A stretch of 64,000 bases of DNA from IMG/VR virus record IMGVR_UViG_2541047086_000003, positions 62,001 to 126,000 of that record; one strand, given 5' to 3'. Below, in pieces: positions 62,144 through 64,000 of the stretch. A program made the translations under genes and the position numbers. The stretch comes from an uncultured virus (IMG/VR IMGVR_UViG_2541047086_000003). Taxonomy: Duplodnaviria > Heunggongvirae > Uroviricota > Caudoviricetes. The notes below the pieces were generated by a model, which was given only the letters and a program-made list of their open reading frames with translations, was not told where the DNA came from and made no database searches. Positions within the stretch are counted from its first letter, which is position 1. Each line of letters begins with the position of its first letter.

Positions 62144-62262
62144 TTCAATGCCCTCTTTAAAGGAGGTGGTTATGTTCTAGTTAAAATATAAATTTTATTC
62201 AATTTGCAGCATTCAAAAACAGAGATATCAAGAGCATACGTGAGAATATGTAAGTTTATCAA

Positions 62263-62487
62263 ATGGAGGTGATTGTCATAGTCTCAATCTTCCATCTTTT
62301 GGTCATGTGCCCAGCCTTTTTAATAGTTCATGCATATTACTTGGTTAGATTTAAATTTCTAAGAAAAGACGATTCCTTCAAAGAGAATAGAACATTCTGG
62401 ATCATTGTGCAAGCGTTAGAGGCTCCCATATTCAATGGTAATTTCAGATCGATGTTTAATGAGTTAAGACTATTAAAAAAGACTTAA
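62263..62487 (+). CDS. Small hydrophobic ORF, possibly a remnant
   Basis: 74 aa, start uncertain. Confidence 0.35.
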   Translation: MEVIVIVSIFHLLVMCPAFLIVHAYYLVRFKFLRKDDSFKENRTFWIIVQALEAPIFNGNFRSMFNELRLLKKT

Positions 62488-62591
62488 CAATAAGAGAGTA
62501 ACAGCTTATATACATGCAATCGAGAGAGATCGGAATTTGTTTCCCTTCTCTCTTTTTTGTGCTCAAATTTAATTTAGGAGAGATGTTTAAT

Positions 62592-63638
62592 ATGGCTATT
62601 CAAGCGAGACAAATGCTAGTATCCCCAGAGAAATACGGAATCAAATGTCCATATGCATTATCTGCTTCATTCATCACTTTTCACAATACATACAACAACG
62701 CACCAGCGCAAAATGAAGTTAGTTATATGATCGGTAACAATAATGAAGTTTCTTTTCACTTTGCTGTAGATGACAAAGAGGTTGTTCAAGGGATTCCTAC
62801 AAATCGTAATGCATGGCATACAGGTGATGGATCAGGTGTGAATTCAGGAAACCGGACTTCTATCGGTGTAGAAGTTTGCTACTCTAAATCAGGCGGAGAA
62901 CGCTATAAAAAAGCTGAAGCGTTGGCTATTAAGTTTATTGCACAACTCCTTAAAGAACGTGGTTGGGGTGTGGATCGAGTTAAAAAGCATCAAGACTGGT
63001 CTGGCAAATATTGCCCACATCGAGTTCTTGATGAAGGACGTTGGAATGCTGTTAAAGCTTCTATTGCTGCTGAATTGAAAGCACTCGGCGGAAATACTTC
63101 TTCCTCATCTTCAAAGCCAACAAAAGTCGTTAAAACAAATGGTTCTTATGTTAAGAACACAGTTATCGCAGACAGTCTTAATGTGAGAACCCAACGCAAT
63201 GCAAACTCCTCTATTGTCCTTACCCTTCCTAAAGGCTCCAATGTCCAATATCAAAAAGGATCAACTCAAAACGGTTGGGGTTACATTAAATATACCAATT
63301 CTAAAGGTGCTACATACAGCGGCTATGTAAATGTGAAATACATTAAAAGTGATGCTGAGCTCGGACAATCAACCCCAAAGCCTAAATCCACTTCTAAGCC
63401 TAAAAGCAGTGGTATCAAATCTGTAGGCAAAATTAAAATTGTCGGTGTACAAAGCGCTGCAATCGTTATGGACAGACCCGATAAAAACAAAGCAAAGAAC
63501 CTCGGCACTGTAAAGCTAGGTGATACCATCAGCATTTCTGGCTCAGTGAAAGGTTCAAACAATGCTAAGGGTTACTGGGAAGTGATCTATAAAGGTAAAC
63601 GCGGCTACATCTCAGGTCAGTTTGGGTCAAAAATCTAA
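62592..63638 (+). CDS. blyA: Endolysin, N-acetylmuramoyl-L-alanine amidase with SH3-like domains
   Basis: HNT, SFHFAVDD, AWHTGDG, SIGVEVC, HQDWSGKYCP; probable ATG at 62592 after AGGAGAG. Confidence 0.9.
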   Translation: MAIQARQMLVSPEKYGIKCPYALSASFITFHNTYNNAPAQNEVSYMIGNNNEVSFHFAVDDKEVVQGIPTNRNAWHTGDGSGVNSGNRTSIGVEVCYSKSGGERYKKAEALAIKFIAQLLKERGWGVDRVKKHQDWSGKYCPHRVLDEGRWNAVKASIAAELKALGGNTSSSSSKPTKVVKTNGSYVKNTVIADSLNVRTQRNANSSIVLTLPKGSNVQYQKGSTQNGWGYIKYTNSKGATYSGYVNVKYIKSDAELGQSTPKPKSTSKPKSSGIKSVGKIKIVGVQSAAIVMDRPDKNKAKNLGTVKLGDTISISGSVKGSNNAKGYWEVIYKGKRGYISGQFGSKI

Positions 63639-63752
63639 ATATATTTAATTATCTTTGAGGATGATTGTTGATCGAGGTATATCAATGATTATCCTCTTAT
63701 TTTAGGAGGTGATGTAATGTCACCTTTCTATTTTATCAAAGGTTGGTGACAA

Positions 63753-64000
63753 ATGGATAACTTTGAGCAAAGCACCATTTCAAGATTAAGTGCACTTGAA
63801 GAAAAAGCTAAGCACACTGATAACAAAATTGACTCTCTTGAAGAAAGAACAAATGTTATTGGTCGTATTGCTACGCTTGTTGAGCAGCAAGTCGAAATTA
63901 ATAAGGATTCTCAAGCACAATCGAGAGAACAGTTCAGCACTCTGAACGAAATGAGCAATAGTTTAAAAAATCTGAGTAAATCATATGAAAAACTGGACAA
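63753..64000 (+). CDS. Holin-associated/XhlA-like coiled-coil protein (runs off window edge)
   Basis: MDNFEQSTISRLSALEEKAKHTDNKIDSLEER... directly after the endolysin. Confidence 0.55.
   Translation, partial: MDNFEQSTISRLSALEEKAKHTDNKIDSLEERTNVIGRIATLVEQQVEINKDSQAQSREQFSTLNEMSNSLKNLSKSYEKLD

Larger units (their letters stand above)
2694..62197. repeat. Dispersed 16-bp TRAAA-N6-TTTYA-type motif at gene or module boundaries (about 17 copies)
   Basis: Copies start at 2694, 3334, 4187, 4927, 5303, 7874, 8439, 9501, 10536, 12509, 29778, 30365, 35893, 41706, 43961, 46233 and 62182. Confidence 0.7.
1..64000. mobile_element. SPbeta-like Bacillus temperate phage/prophage, partial (yop-yon-yom-lysis region)
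   Basis: Gene order yopG/F/E, yopB, yonV, yonT, yonO, HU, terminase, portal, capsid, tail, tape measure, amidase matches recalled SPbeta synteny; low GC and Bacillus-type RBSs. Confidence 0.95.

Overview
A 64-kb segment of an SPbeta-like temperate phage or prophage of a Bacillus subtilis-group host; gene names follow recalled SPbeta synteny and were not checked by search. The left arm (1-21.6 kb, mostly minus strand) is an accessory/early region. It carries a truncated ApeA-like protein, yopG/F/E/B-like and many small hypothetical genes, an acyltransferase-3 moron, an N6-adenine methyltransferase, an LPD29-like protein, a YonV helicase-like gene next to a paralogous GIY-YIG fusion, the yonT/yoyJ/SR6-type toxin-antitoxin locus, a skewed non-coding region and a TubZ/TubR-like pair. 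The right arm (21.7-64 kb, plus strand) starts with the YonO RNA polymerase, split by a group I intron encoding a GIY-YIG homing endonuclease. It continues with HU, a ~1.6-kb structured non-coding region containing a tRNA-like element, head and tail genes, a tyrosine recombinase, a tape measure gene split by a 225-nt ORF-less group I intron, tail tip and spike genes, endolysin and a holin-like start. The main unexplained signals are: (i) a TRAAA-N6-TTTYA-type motif at about 17 gene or module boundaries, possibly cassette recombination sites; (ii) the structured ncRNA cluster with repeated anti-Shine-Dalgarno tracts; (iii) two operator families that overlap sigma-A promoters.
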